Shown here piece by piece: positions 35,994 to 50,200 of a DNA stretch of 62,000 nt. Made by a program: the position numbers and the translations under genes. Location of the stretch: NCBI RefSeq assembly GCF_001949145.1, contig NW_019091400.1:186001-248000 (forward strand). The letters run 5' to 3'. Positions within the stretch are counted from its first letter, which is position 1. Each line of letters begins with the position of its first letter. The notes beneath the pieces are model-generated. The model saw only the letters and a list, made by a program, of their open reading frames with translations. It had not been told where the DNA came from and searched no databases. The DNA comes from Acanthaster planci. Taxonomy: Eukaryota.

Positions 35994-38212
35994 CTATACG
36001 ACACTTTCCCTTGGCCTGGACATTACATTCCCTTTGCTTGGGCTACTTGGTACCTCGTTGTAGAATTTGTTTTGGTCTGGTCTTGTAAGATGAACCAGAA
36101 GGCTTCCAAGCCCTTGACCCTTTGTCACCAGGGAGTCTGAATTGACAACAAAACCCTCCTCGCCAGATTTGAGTGTCTCTGCTGAGTCTGGGAGGAACTT
36201 CATGTACTCGGTAGATTCGGGGAAAGGAGAGGAGGCAGTACCCAGACCAGAATCGCAGTCTGGATTTTCTTTACTGGGGGTGGGCACAGCTCTCAGCTCA
36301 AGTTCCTGTGGCCTGTGGAGCAGTGGTGAAGGAGTCGCTGAGGACAGCTGATCACGGACGGGATTGTCATGTGAGGAGCTCAGCAGCCTCTCAGCTTCAC
36401 TGTCCTCTGGTGCCTTGCCTTTGCTTGAACTCCAGTCACCGGACAACCTTGCAAACTCCAGCAGACACCGCGCTTCTGTCTGGTCAAGACCGTCAGAGGA
36501 CCCAAACCCCTTTGAGGGGGATTTCCACGTATGTTGGATGGCTGTGATCTGTTGCTGCTGGTCCCTGTCCTCTGCTGACCTTGCCAATGCTTCATCCACT
36601 CCAGGATTCTCACTCTGTGGAATGATAATGCGGATTGCTGCCGTTTGTCCATTATTCCCTTGGTGCAGTCTCTCGGAGCTCTTGCTGATTGTGGTGGGGA
36701 CCCCTGGTGTACTCCTGATTGAAGTCAGGGGTTTCTTCTTGCCCATTCTGTGCAACAGTCCCTCAGTGACTGAGTGGCTGCGCTTGTGGCGCTGGCCCAG
36801 TGGAGTGGAGCATGCTGGTGAGGGCTGCCCAGACTCCCCGGCTGGGGTTTTGCTCGGGCTGCGACTGGAAAAGAATGGGATTGGGATGGAAAACTTACGT
36901 CTGGTCTTGGCTTTTGGCCGGCAATCTTGTGCCTTTCCCCTCACGTGGGTCGCAAGGTCTAGGAGCGGGGATCGAGAGCCCCGGCGTGGGTCAGCCAAGG
37001 TCTGGTTTCTGGTGACAGGGTCCAGCATCGTGGAGGAATCAGAATGGGAGTTGTCACGGGAGCAGAAACCGTTGGTGTTATTACTGGTTTCCATGATGGG
37101 TGCTTCGGAGGGGCTACTGAAGTTGGACACTGTGTAGATGTTGGAGGACTCCATGTTCTCAGTCTTAAAGGACACCGAGCAAGGGTCACCGGTCATGTCC
37201 TGGCTGATGCTGCCATTGGTCCGCCAGCGGAGCTGTGAGGTTTGACGGGCCTGGGTGCATCTCATGGAAGGGTGACGGCCAAGGCTCAGGGTGATGGAGC
37301 GAGACATGCTGCGCTGCCGGAACACCTGGTTGCTGAGCGAGTGCAAGATCGCCTTGGAGTCCTTTTTGAACTGCTTGGTCAGGATGGTGTACAAGAATGG
37401 GTTGGCACAAGAGTTCAAGGGCAAGACGAATATGGTCAGGACCTTAGCCCCTTCAAGGGAGATCAGTTGATGCCCAAAGGCTGCCGTCAGGCTGAAGAAG
37501 GCAATTGGGGCCCAGCAGGCAAAGTCAGTGAACACCAGGAGGGACATCCGACGTGCCACGCGGGAGTCGTTGCAGTTCCATGCATGCGAGCCCTGTATGG
37601 CTATGTAGATGCTGGCGTAGCAAGCCATGATGATGACAAATGCAAGGATGTTCAGGATCAGGATAGTGCCGACGTAGGCCTTGGCCACAATGGTACTGAC
37701 GTCGAATGGCAGGCAGACCGGGAATTTGTGGTAGTGGCTGACGTTGACCAGTGGCAGCACGGCTGCCGTCACTGAGAAAATCCAGCCAAAAAGCATGACA
37801 GTGATAGCGTGCGGCAGCTTCATGCGCTTCTCTAGGTGCAGAGCGTGCTTGATGGCATAAAAACGCTCCAGGGTGATGACAGACAGCGTGTAGATGGACA
37901 GCTCAGAGGAGAAGACGGCCAGGAACCCGGCTATGTGGCAGCCGGCACTCAGCTGCCAGCGGGCGCCCCACTTCTTGAAGATGCCCAGCGTGGATGTGTC
38001 CACCCCAGCCAGGAAGCCGAGGTACACTCCCAGGAAGAAGTCAGCAAAGGCCAAGTTGCAGATCAGAAAGCGTGGCACGTCCATCTTGGTACGGCTGACA
38101 AGGATGACAAGCATGACAATGGCGTTGCCCACAATGGCCAGTAGGAAGACCAACCAGACGCCGATACGAAGGAGCCATGAGCCAAAGAGATCCACACATG
38201 GCAATAATGGCC
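35994..38212 (-). CDS. rk: LGR terminal exon: hinge end, 7TM and long C-tail
   Basis: Acceptor ttttttag at 38214-38213; phase 1; GPLLPCVDL...RPRESVV stop TAG. Confidence 0.95.
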
Positions 38213-41200
38213 CTAAAAAAGCAAAAGCACAGCAGACAAAATAAATCTGAAGTGAACACTGGCAGAACAGTTACTTACAGTTGCACAAGATCTTTCTTGA
38301 AGTTTCTGACTTTTTGAATGACACCTCACACTGTGAATGGAACTATCTATCTTACTCTACATAAAACACCATAAGCAACACAACAGAAACATATCACTGA
38401 GTACATGTCATTGAATGTCTGAAAGATGGAGATATTCTTAGAGTCATTCTCCTTTGTCTAATTAACTGTACATCCTTTTTTATCAGGTGGTTGCTTTGAA
38501 TCAGCAGATACCAACACTAGCTTAGCACTAACTTATCCTTTGGTGAAACAGATTTTATTCCTCTTTTGGGCAGACAGAATTTTTTTTTATGAGCAGAACA
38601 CTAAACTGTTATATCTGGTTCCTAAGTATGACGTCACTTCAGTTTAGCAGCTGACTGCTGCGCATAATTTCATAGGGGCTTTCCATTTGCCAAGCAATGT
38701 GCGCATGCCCGCATATTTAACAGATACCTTTCATGTGTCTACTCTACATGAGCATTTTACAGATGTATGTCCTCCACACTGCCAGCAGCGTATTTGTTGT
38801 GTTCTTCGGTACTGCCAGTGTATTCAATTTATTATAATAGCCTTTCCTTTCCTATGAGTATATTCATAATGGCAGAATCCGGTACACCTGTGGCTATGAG
38901 TGTACTCGTAGTTGGCAGTCGTGTTAAGACCATGCTCACTGCACACAGAGTTACATGGAACCATGGATGGAACCGAGGTAACATGCAACTTGAGCGCTCA
39001 TCCTATGGAAGCCTGCAATCAGTGCTGCCTGCACTTGTATGATGAAGTCACTTAACGAACCGGACACTGATGATGTACCAGTAATTGCATGCAACAAGTA
39101 CAGGTGATTTTTATAGATCTGCAGCATCACTGCGTGGGTGCCAAGTCCATGGCACTGTAGCAGCATTCAAATGTTTTTCCACTCTCAGTATTTGTCACAT
39201 TGGAGGGGAATTACTTGTGTACAGACCAGAGAAGAATGCAGCTCTTTAGCATTTCATTCAGGCATTACCTGGCTTTGGTTTGCAGCTGATGTTGTGCAGC
39301 GGTTTTACAATACTGTAGTTTCCACTGAGCCAAGTGGGCGTGCCAGCTGACACAAACACAGAAGCAAAGTAACTCTTATCCAGCCAGTCGCTGTCTGATC
39401 CTATCCCAATGTTTCCACTGCTGCCTAGGAAAATACAAAACATGCAGCACATCAAAAACAAGAAAGAAAGAAGGAAGCTATGAATGGCTGCACTGAAGTT
39501 TGGGAAACGACAAACTCCAGTTGAAAAAAAAAATTACAGCTAATCTTTATAACTAATGCCGTGACCAAGTCGTACATCTATAAAGCTATGTGAAGGCTTT
39601 CACCAGGCATTGGGTTTGGTCAGTGGTGTTCTGTTTCCTTATAGAAAGTTTGATGGGAATTGGTCCGACCTAAATTTGACCTTTTTGCAAAATGAATGAG
39701 CACTAGTGCAAAACAGCTGAGAAGGCGTTATTTTTGTTTTTGTTTTCAATCCCATCATTAAGTCAAATTAAAAAAAAGGTATCTTGTGGGATTTGCATCG
39801 CAGAGGTCAAAGCTGGGACTTGCGATGTGGTCCACCCTCTCAGTATCCTTATCAACTGGCCATACTGAGGCTTTCGCATGACTAGTCACATCATGTGATC
39901 CACCGTGACCATATGCTAATATTAGTGAAACAGCAGGACTGCTACAGAAAACAAATTAACAGTCCCTCAGCAGTTGATGAGATATCCACTCCAAGCTAGC
40001 ACCTCTGGCACTGGCTGGCCCATACATGTATGGCCCTGTCTTGTGACCAAATCTGATCACATGACAGGTCTATCGTGTGAGAGCCTCATGTACCACCACT
40101 TGATGGAGATGCCAAAATGGTGTTGCACTGATTCCTAATCTTCCTTTCAAGGTAGCCACTGTTTTGATTACCATACCTCTTTAATGTGACTCTAAAATCT
40201 ACCAAAATTTGAAAAGAGCTCACCTAGCCAGGAATTTTCAGGCCAAAGTATGCTATCATTGATTTCTGGCTGCAGAAAGAAAACAGAGCAAAACAAATCT
40301 GCACAGGTTTCTAAGGACATCATTTGGGTTGTGAAGTAGTACTTGTATGATGCACAACCATGGGCATTGCAAGGGAGGGGTAAGGGGAGCTTGCCTGGTA
40401 AAAATTGGAAAACTGAAGAAGGAAAATAAAAGGGAAAAAAGCAAAAGAATTGACAATGAGATGAAAATGGATGAAAGTCACCAATTTCCTTTAAAAAACC
40501 TCAAAATGGACCCATCCCACCAGTAATATTACTTTGCGCCCCCCCCCAAAAAAATCCTTATGAAGCCTATGTGCACATTACCTTGCATCTTTCATGTGTA
40601 TATATAATCTGTTGTCTGCCACACAAGCAGACAAAAGGAACACAGAAATGTTTCACTTCAAAAGCAACAACAAATTCAACAGCCATATTCACTAGCCATT
40701 ATACTGGTTCACTACTGATTTTTATTTTCAGCTACTGGGGAAATCAACTTTCCGCCCCACAAACTGACCCCATGAGGCCATGTGCACATATATCTATTAT
40801 GCAGCACAAAGTAATAGATCTAGTGGTACAATACCACTTTAGACCACTAATTATAAGATAGTGTATAGGGGACAACTTATTTTGTTAGGAAAGTCAGAAC
40901 TGAGTTGTGCATAACTGTCCCTACAACCTTTGGGTTAGCCTGTATTTCAACACATGTGTTGTCCCCATAACCTAGTAACAAGTATCTGTGGGTAGGCATT
41001 CACCGTGTTCATCAGGGGACACATTCTTTTGTAAGGGAAATTTGAACGAGTACCCACAATGTTTTTGGGTCCCCACAAAATGGGTGAAATATCGAGTGTA
41101 TGTCCCCACAACTACAGTGCGGGGAAACTGTGATCACGCAGTATGTTCTTGGAGGACTTGGGAGAATGAATCCAAACCAAGGGAGTTAATCTGTTAAACA

Positions 41201-44200
41201 AGAAGATAGTTATGAACCTGGCTTTTTTTTCTACGCACACTGTAGTCTCCTTTTTATCCCACCAGTCAGCGGAAGGCAGATTGGCAATGAGATAATGAAC
41301 AAGAGCTAACGCATTATATTACCTGGCTCTGAAAGTAATCTGTGCCTGGAATGGCACTGTCTTGAAAACGGACAAGCAAACCTTTGTAAAAACAAGGTAC
41401 CGGTGTTGTAACAATGAGTAAAGGGCCTACCAAGTCTTCAATGCTGCTCTGGTACTGTTCGGCAAGTACGACGTAATCGCAGCAGTGATAGGCGTACTCC
41501 GTCTCAATCACGACGATGCTGGGGAGCGCCTCAGGTGGGGGGAAATCTTCCAATAGTTCATTGTGGTAGGTGTGGATCACCAACAGGCGCTCCAGGCCGT
41601 CCGTTGGCAGAGCGGGGAAAGAGTTCCCATCCAAATGTCTGCAGACAAATTGTAAACTGATGAGAAACACTGGTGTCTCTACAGTTGGAGAGGAGGGGGT
41701 TGCAATTAAGTGTGGAGTACATGAATTATGAGGGAAGAAAAATCAATGGCCATTGAAGCTGACATCACTTGACACTTAAAAGTTCTCTTCAGAACCATCC
41801 ATGAGAAAACAGATGTCACACAGTTTTGGGCTTTTTCCGGGAATTCCAAGTCTCAAAAAATCTACATACAAGGCTGTTCTGATATTTTTGTTTTTCCTTG
41901 ACTTTAACGTTGACTTTTACAAATTTCTTTTTCTTCTGCAGCATCAACTTGGAAAGAGAGGCTGGTTCCTAAACACTGATGTCCTCACTGATTAAAAAAG
42001 AAGAAACAATTCCCTATGAATACATCCATGCATGAAGACTGTACGTCCCTGCATGCAACAAAATTTGAAGTACTCACAGGTGTACCAGTTCTTTGCATGA
42101 AGCAAAGGCTTGGCTCTCTATCTTGCTGATGCTGTTATTGCTGAGAGATCTATTACAAAAAGAGTAAACAGCAGTTGGGATGACTGGAAATGTTTGGTAA
42201 AGCTGTCACTGCCAGGAATCTGATGAGCAAGCCAAAACGGAAAGAAAGCCCTCTTTCTTTCATATTGCCTGCAATATCAAATTAAATCCAGTTTGGAAAG
42301 TAGTGTATCATCCCTACACAGCATCTCTACACAGGTCCCTATCACAAATCTGGACTTATGCCAAGCCTGTGACAAAAGCATTCTGTTATTTGTCATTGTT
42401 CATCATGAAACTGGTGACTGGACTTGTTGTGAACTCAACTTCAGCCCTGACAATAGTCCATGGGGCTTGTGGGTTCTATGATGCACGCTAACAGTGTAAC
42501 AGTTGAGCATTTTTCGAGTACCAAGGTTCTCATCCAAATGTTGAACTGGTCAGGAGGGAGTAAAGCTGGTGTATATGGTCATTTGATGGGACATGCACAA
42601 AGGTAAGATTAAAAAAACTTTTAGACTTCAGACACTCCAAGTTGTGTACAAAAATCAAGTTTTAGGGAGAAAAGTACTCGAAAAGTAAATGGCCAAGTAC
42701 TTTTGTCGTATAAAGTTTAACAGCGATGGTTCAGTCATCATTTTACTTTGTAATCTAACCTTTGTGCCTTTACCATCCAATGTCCATGTTCTCCTTGGCA
42801 CTCAAAAAGTACTGAACTACAAGGCTGCAAGCTAGGCAGAGAGGGGCGCATGCACAGTGCTAGCTGTCGCCTAATGAAAGGTAAAAGGAATGGTAACCCC
42901 AAACTCTTCCTTACCCTGTCCCTTCAATAAACCAAGGTGACCCCGGAGTGTGTACGTTTACTGAGTTGACTTGACAGTGAAAAAACATGCCTATCTGCAC
43001 ACTTTGTGGTGTCTCTCTGCATATCTATTATAACGTGTTGGCATCGTGGGGAACTTTTATTGGTAAGTGTGGCATGTTAGGCACAGTGCCACTGCCCATA
43101 CACGAGTATACATGTACAGTGAAAGAATTAAGCGCATGTCGGAAGGATGGAAGTTCTTTTCCTAAACCATGCAAGCTTGTTCTCTGTCATTTATCTAGTC
43201 AATGAATGCATGTAAACAGCTACTGTCACACAAGGTTGTGCCAGAAATGTATTGTTATCTGGGGCTGCAATGTAACTTACAAGCTATGCAGGTTGGTCAG
43301 ATTTTGAAATGCGTCGGCAGGGATGTACGTGATCTTGTTTTCTGGCAGATAGAGTTCGTAGAGGTTCTCGAGTCCATCGAAAGGTCGACCCTCAATTGAT
43401 TTCAGCTTGTTCCTTCCAAGAAGACTGTCCAAAAACATGGATGGGAATGGAAATTGATATGGTTAAATTTTCAAGTTATTTCAAATAAAGGAAGACACAT
43501 TGTAAATGCAACGCAATTCAATAATTCAAAAAACGATGAGAGCAAAGCAAAGCATAAAAATATAATTTTAATTATCAAAGATTATAAAAAAACAAGTTCC
43601 TGAATTTTTTTTAATCATATCTGATAACCATTCTAAACATTAAAGAGCACCTCTAAGGAAAACAACCCTCGCCCTGTGTTTGTAGTGGATAAACCCTTGT
43701 GTATGCCTAACAATGGCTGTTCCCCTTATTTTCTCTTTTTTCTCAGAGTGACGCAATCTACATTCAGAATTCGCATCTTGGCATGAACAGAAAAAAAAAC
43801 CGTTTAACTGGTCACAGTTGAGCCCTGAAGACACATGACACTGCGTTCAATTTGGATGCTTCCACATTTATTTGAAAGGATAAAATCAGAGAAAACATTT
43901 TTTCCTTAGAGATGCTCTTTAATCTGATGTCAAACTGAATGCTCCGTGAGTGGGTTACAGAAGTACTTACAGGATTTTGAGGCTGGAGCACTTGGAAAAG
44001 CTGGGTAAGATCTCAATCTGGTTGTTTATGAGATCTCTGGGTGAGCAAAAAGACAAAACATGATTGCAAATCCACAAAATGGGCTCTCCTTTAATGGTCC
44101 CCTTTGCATCCCATTGCGCTTCCAATGAATACACCCTTAGCACTTTCTCTAAGTTGAAATGGTCTGCTGGACATGCTAGTGACTTGAAATGTTCCTTGGG

Positions 44201-47200
44201 CATTTGTTGATATTGTTGGAACTTCTTCCTGCTCCTTAATCAGAATATTTGCCAATATCACAAACAGGCTGGCCTGATATACTTACAAGAATGTCAAACT
44301 AGTTCTGTTGTCACAGAAGTTCTCTGGTATTGCTCTCAGCGAGCATCGCTCAATTACCCTGAGGCAAAAACAATTCAAAAGATTAGTCTGTCCATAAGTC
44401 TGTGACTTGCTCAACAAATTATGGTGTACAACTTGCCCGATCATTTTAACATGCGTCACAGTATAGTGGCCAGGTCCCTTATTCCGCCACTCACTGTGAA
44501 AACCAATGAGACTTGAAAATAGGTGGCGGAATTAGGGACCTGGCGACTATATAGTCACACACGATAGGTGGTGTAAGTTGTGGCAGCAAATAAGAAATGA
44601 TTTCATTAATCATGTTTTATACAGTAAATATTTGTATTTTGGAGGTAACGAAAACCTAGTATAGCAATTAGAGAAGTTTGACATTTTCCACTCGATCCAA
44701 CAACGACAAGAAGAAAACCTTTCCCAAATGGCTGGCGAAGCTAATTTAATGAATGTTTCACAGCTGCAACACTAAAAAGGGGCCAATTGTTTTAAGGCTG
44801 TAATCATCTTCGTCTAAGATGTTCAACACAATTAAAATGTTGTGGAGCTGAGCAACCGGTTGTGAAACTGTAAGAGCCCTGCATAGCTACTCCACCAGCT
44901 TACGTGTGGTGTAGGCAATTGTGCAACATTTTCCGAAATCGGCTGCAGTAGTGTGTCCTGCCTGTGCACCTCGGACACACAGATTTGAGTTGTGCCACTG
45001 TCTTCCAAGGTTCTTCCCTTTGGGAAGGCTGCCACATTTAGAGAGATGCACGGGGTCTACTGAGGCTACAGACCAAAGTGGAAGACATGCTTCTTGGCAT
45101 TATGGACTGGATCCAAACTTCTCAATATCAGTTTTGAACAGTTGTTGTGGAGGGGAAAACTATCAGTTGGACTGTTTCTGATAATCAGAAGAAAATCTAT
45201 TTACTGAGCAATACTTAATAATGAGCAATACTCACAGCTCACTTAAGCTGGTGGTTCCAGTGAGATCGGGGAACACAGACAAGTTTCTCACATCAGATAT
45301 TGCGCTGAAACAAAGAAGCAAATGTTCACTGAACAATGTGGTGAGTTTGGTGGTACTCAATCAGGATTAGGTGTGCTTCCATTTTGCCAACATCATTTTT
45401 TGGGGGGAGGACTAAATAAAAGGGGTGACTTCCAAGGTCATAAACCTGGGGGAGGGGGTAATTGTTTCCCCCACTTTATGAGGGAGGGGACTGAGCTATT
45501 GGATTATCTCTCCACTTTTTTATGATGAGAAAACAAGGCCAAATTGTGAAGTGGTTTTTCAAACTTCCCAAGAAACATAATGTACTAAGAATAACTGAAA
45601 ATGGGAAAGAAAGAGCATAAAAGCTTTTTTAAAGTACGGCACACTGTTTTGATGTAAGTTTAAATCATCCCCAGTCCCTGGCAAAGATTTATGCTGCTGT
45701 GATGTAATATATGAGGATCAATGCAACACAAAGGTTATAACTATCTTGATGAAGTCTGCTCATCCAAGCTTGCCATGTAAAGGGCTAACTTGGTTGTCTT
45801 TGTTGCTACTATAGATTTTTTGAAACAGGGAGGAGGGCTATGTATACAATTGAACTGTGGAGAAAAACAATGAAAAGAAAAGCAGAAAAACTTACAGTTT
45901 ATGTAGAGCAGGTAGGTTCCTGAATGTGGTGTGGGCTATGCTCTCGATGCTGTTGTTCATGAACTGCAACCCCTCAAGTTTGACAAGGCCAGCGAAGGGA
46001 TGTGCAGAGAGATGCACGATAAGGTTATGGTTCAGGGACCTGTGCAAAAATTGAAGTGAATTACCATTTGGTGAAGGCAGGGCACCCAACATTTCTCCTC
46101 GTGCTCTAAGCTGGAGTATCGAATATCAAGGGTGGATAAGGGGCGGGGGAGGTAACAGGGGCCATTTCCTGCCCCCCAAAGAAATTGACAAGGATTTTTT
46201 TTAATCGATAAGCGTTAGGATATTTAGTGTTTTATATGGAGGTTGTTTTGTATGGAAAGAGCCATCTTGTTCAGGGAATTATTTCTCAGCAGCTGCTTAA
46301 TTGTGAATGGTGTGATATGGGGATGCTGCTTGTTATACACACCCTCCCCCCCAAAAAAAAATTGGGTCTGGATCCAACCATTGTCCGGTCATAGGTACAG
46401 GGGCCATCGTGAGCATGCTATGTAAAATCTGAGAGGTTACAAAATTGTAGCGGTGAGTCATGCTCATTCTCCATGAAATTGTCACACTTGTGCTAATTAA
46501 TACGTTTTTGCCCATCATGGCAAACCAAACGCTGCTGCCGAATGCCAACTAAACACCGGCGTCTTGGGCCTACCAAGGATGGATCCAGAGGACAAATCTG
46601 CTTTCAGGTGGAGAAAAATGGATTTTTTTCCATGTAACTATTTATGGCCTTTCTGAGGGGTGGGGCTTAACAGGGGCTTTTTACAAGCTTTATTAAGGTA
46701 GGGAAACAAAAGTGATATTGTCCTCCCTGTAATTTTTTTTCAAACAAATTTGGCTGCTTTGGGGGGAGGGGGGACACCATGGCCCAATTCCCCCCCCCCA
46801 TCTGACCTTAGGACTAAAACTGTGTGCCAATAACCTAATTTGCCCACTTATGATTTGTTGATAATAGCAGCCAAAATGAAAGCCTCACAAAATAGCCGCT
46901 TCAATACACCGTACAACTTCTTAAGTAATGCAACTGCAAGTGCGGCCACAAATGGAGCGGTGCCACTGCATAACGATTTAGAAAATTTGCAGCTTAACTG
47001 GTGGTAGGCCCTACTCCCCATAGGGCACATGCTCCCCCCCCCCACAAATTCCCAGTGCTGCCCCCTCCTACTTTAGTAAAACCAGATGAATGGATATTCA
47101 ACAAGGCTAACAAAAACTTTCCCCAAAAAACCCTGGCACTGAAAGCTAGTGCCCCTAATAAGATGCTGGGCCCCCTTTGTGCCCCCCTGCACACTAGTAA

Positions 47201-50200
47201 AATCCTAGCTATACCACTGCCTACTCCACTGGTTGAAGTGGCATTCATTAATAACTTTATACATGTAATGTACCATGTTCTTTGCCTAACTAGTCTGTGG
47301 CCCCCACACCAAGTCCAATGTAAATATGCATGTCTCTAAAAAGGCCACAAATATTTTCTGTTGACTAAGTCATATTGAGTAGAACTCCCTCATTTTACCT
47401 TCTTTATTGTGATTAGTTTGTTCAAGTGCTCGGAGGAAGGGGGTCACGGCGGGTTCCATGTCATCTGGAACCCAGATTTGAGCCAACCACAAGCAAAGTT
47501 CTGTCCCACAAATAGTCCTTCCGAAAGCCAGACAGTCCCAGTTGTCTGAGATCATTTTGACTGAAGGCCCACATATGTACTCAGTGAAGCAAACAGTGCC
47601 ACCACAATGAAGCTGATTTCTCTGAATTTAAGCTGCTTTCTCTTCAAATGAAATTTCCCTGGCTGTCCTGGAACAACAGTGTCTGGTTTTCAAGATTTAT
47701 TAGACAGCAATGCACAATGGGGCCTTGTTTGCTGATCTAATAAGAAAACCAACAGATTACCAAATATAGCCCATATTTTCAAGCAGGGGCTAGGCTGGTT
47801 TGGCCTCTGGGGTGTGATTTTCAAGAAAGCGGAACTCCAACTTCCAGCATTAAAGTGGGGAAGGCAAGTGCATGTGATAAGCAGATTGCCCCAGGTAAAT
47901 GCATTTGGTATTTAAATTTTTCATTTTTCTTGTATCAAAACCCTGCATACTGTCACCTTAATAAAATAACGTACTGCTGTTTGGTTTAAAACAAAAATAT
48001 GAACACCTCAAGCGGAACTCTCTTCAGCATCCCCCAGTCTACACCCTCGTTTGCCAAGTTTTGGGGGCCTAAAATATTTTTTCTAGATTTGCTCAAGTGA
48101 AGAATGCAATATTTCAAGAATTGGTGAAAATATTTTTGATAAGTATTTAATCTGAAAGAATATTACAAGGTAGGGGAAACTTTTTGTCTATTTTTCATTT
48201 ATTTATCATTTTGAAAGGACAGTATGATCAAGATAAAAGAACATGTATGACTCACAGTTCAGTTAGGTTGGTATTGTTGACAAAGGCATGGTCGGGCACC
48301 ACACGGATGCTGTTCTTTTCCAAGTGGAGGAAGCGGAGGGCTCCCAGGTGTCGCAGTGCCCTCGTCGGGATGCTAGTCAAATGGTTGCTGTTGAGATTCA
48401 AGTGATGCAGGGCCGGGAGGCCCAGGAAAGCATCATCAGGAACCTCTCGGATGTAGTTACTGTCCAGATGTCTGGTCACGGAATAAACATGAGAATACGA
48501 TTAACTGACGCCCAATTTTGAACAAAATAAACTTTTCCAGAAGCAGAATCCCTTGGCTAAATGCCAAACTCAATACTTTTCTCACAATTCTGAAATGCAC
48601 TTACAATGCAGGAGATACACTTACAACTTTCTTAGGTTGGCTGTGTGGCCATTGCGGAATGATTTGCTGGGGAAATGCTGAAATCGATTCAGCTGCAGAT
48701 TCCTAGAAAGAGTGAGCGACACATAAAGATGAACAATGAAAGTGATGATGTAATTTGTGAACAAGTTGAATAGTTATTAACACACATATTCTCTGAGCAT
48801 TTGAAGTGCAAGTACATTTTTCCAACATGTCTGCCTGGAAACTTTAGCCACTGTTTGATTACATGAAGTACACCCTGCTATGAATACCGTTCGACAGTAA
48901 TTTAGGGGCTACTTCTAATCTAAGACAGCCCCCCCTCACTTGGCATCTTTACACATAAATCAACACTTTGTAAAAAAATCTGTTTTTAATACAAGCACCT
49001 TTGTGTATACTTAAGTGAAGTGTGCCCTTTTTACTTCCTCATGTTTTGTCTTTGTTGTCAAAATCCTGCCTGGTCTTTTTGTTGAGATGAGGTTCTAAAG
49101 TCATGATTGTGCTCATCAGACTATGCCTCCATGTCATCATGCTATTTTCCCTTTTTATTGTAAGAATACTGTACCATATAAGTTGTCATAAAAATGATAA
49201 AATGCATGTTTGTTTGAGACTAATTCAGGAGAATGGATGTGACTAATGCCCAAGCTGCATTACCAGTGTTCGTTCTCCTGAGCAAAGTCTTGAACGATAG
49301 TTTAAGACAGGTCATGCACATATTTATTCCCATTCATAAATACTTTTTTATTCAGAGAGTCAAAAGAATTCAACTTATGATAGATTTCCAATGATTTTGT
49401 TCTAAAACTTTACCTTCATTTTCCCGAACACCCCCCCCGCCATTTCTTGGTATATTCCTTTTGAAAATTGTAAAATAGAATCCCCTTCAATGAACTTGGC
49501 ACATGCATGGTGCTTGTGTGCACACAGACTCCTGACCAATTAGACCCCATTAAACTGTCTCCTATCCATGTGCCAGCGTGTGATTTACGCAGCGGCCATA
49601 TATCACTTCTCAGCGGGCATTATCAAATTTTAATATGCGGTCATGTGATGCATTTCAACCAATAGGCGTAGAGAAATTGTCCCAGCCTGGTATTTATGAA
49701 TAATTGTGAACACATGCTTGTTGCTTTCATAGCTTCATGTATTTTACAGAATGGGCATAAAATGGCACCTTTAATTATGTGGTCACATTTAACACCACGA
49801 TTCTTCTTTGCTTTTTTACATACTAAGTTTAATCCCCACAAAATAATACCGAAGACATTCTACAACAATCGACATCAGCTGTTATTCCATCCCCCAAAAA
49901 GAGCCTAAGTCACTTCAGGGGACAGCTCTTAGAGCCACTGCTGTCAATCTGGGGCACAGTCTACATGTAATTCATTCAGAATAGGGGCTCATTGAGCCTC
50001 CTGTTTCTCAGTAACAAATAGTGAATGACTGTCTTGGAAGGTCTCGGTGCTGGTGACATCTCCATGAAGGTGACTGATGACACGAAATAAATTCCCCAAG
50101 ACTGGTCTCCAGCCAGGTAGTCTTTATGAGAAAGCGAGCATGATTTAACTCCTCCTCCCTAATTTTCAATTTTTCCTTGCATGAGGTGAATTGGGGTTCA

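Noticed and set aside
38202..38204. ORF-track start of the 736-aa protein
   Set aside because: It is an internal TTG (Leu); the exon begins at the splice acceptor at 38212
36364..38244. Plus-strand ORFs of 257, 177 and 116 aa
   Set aside because: Antisense shadows of the GC-rich LGR terminal exon
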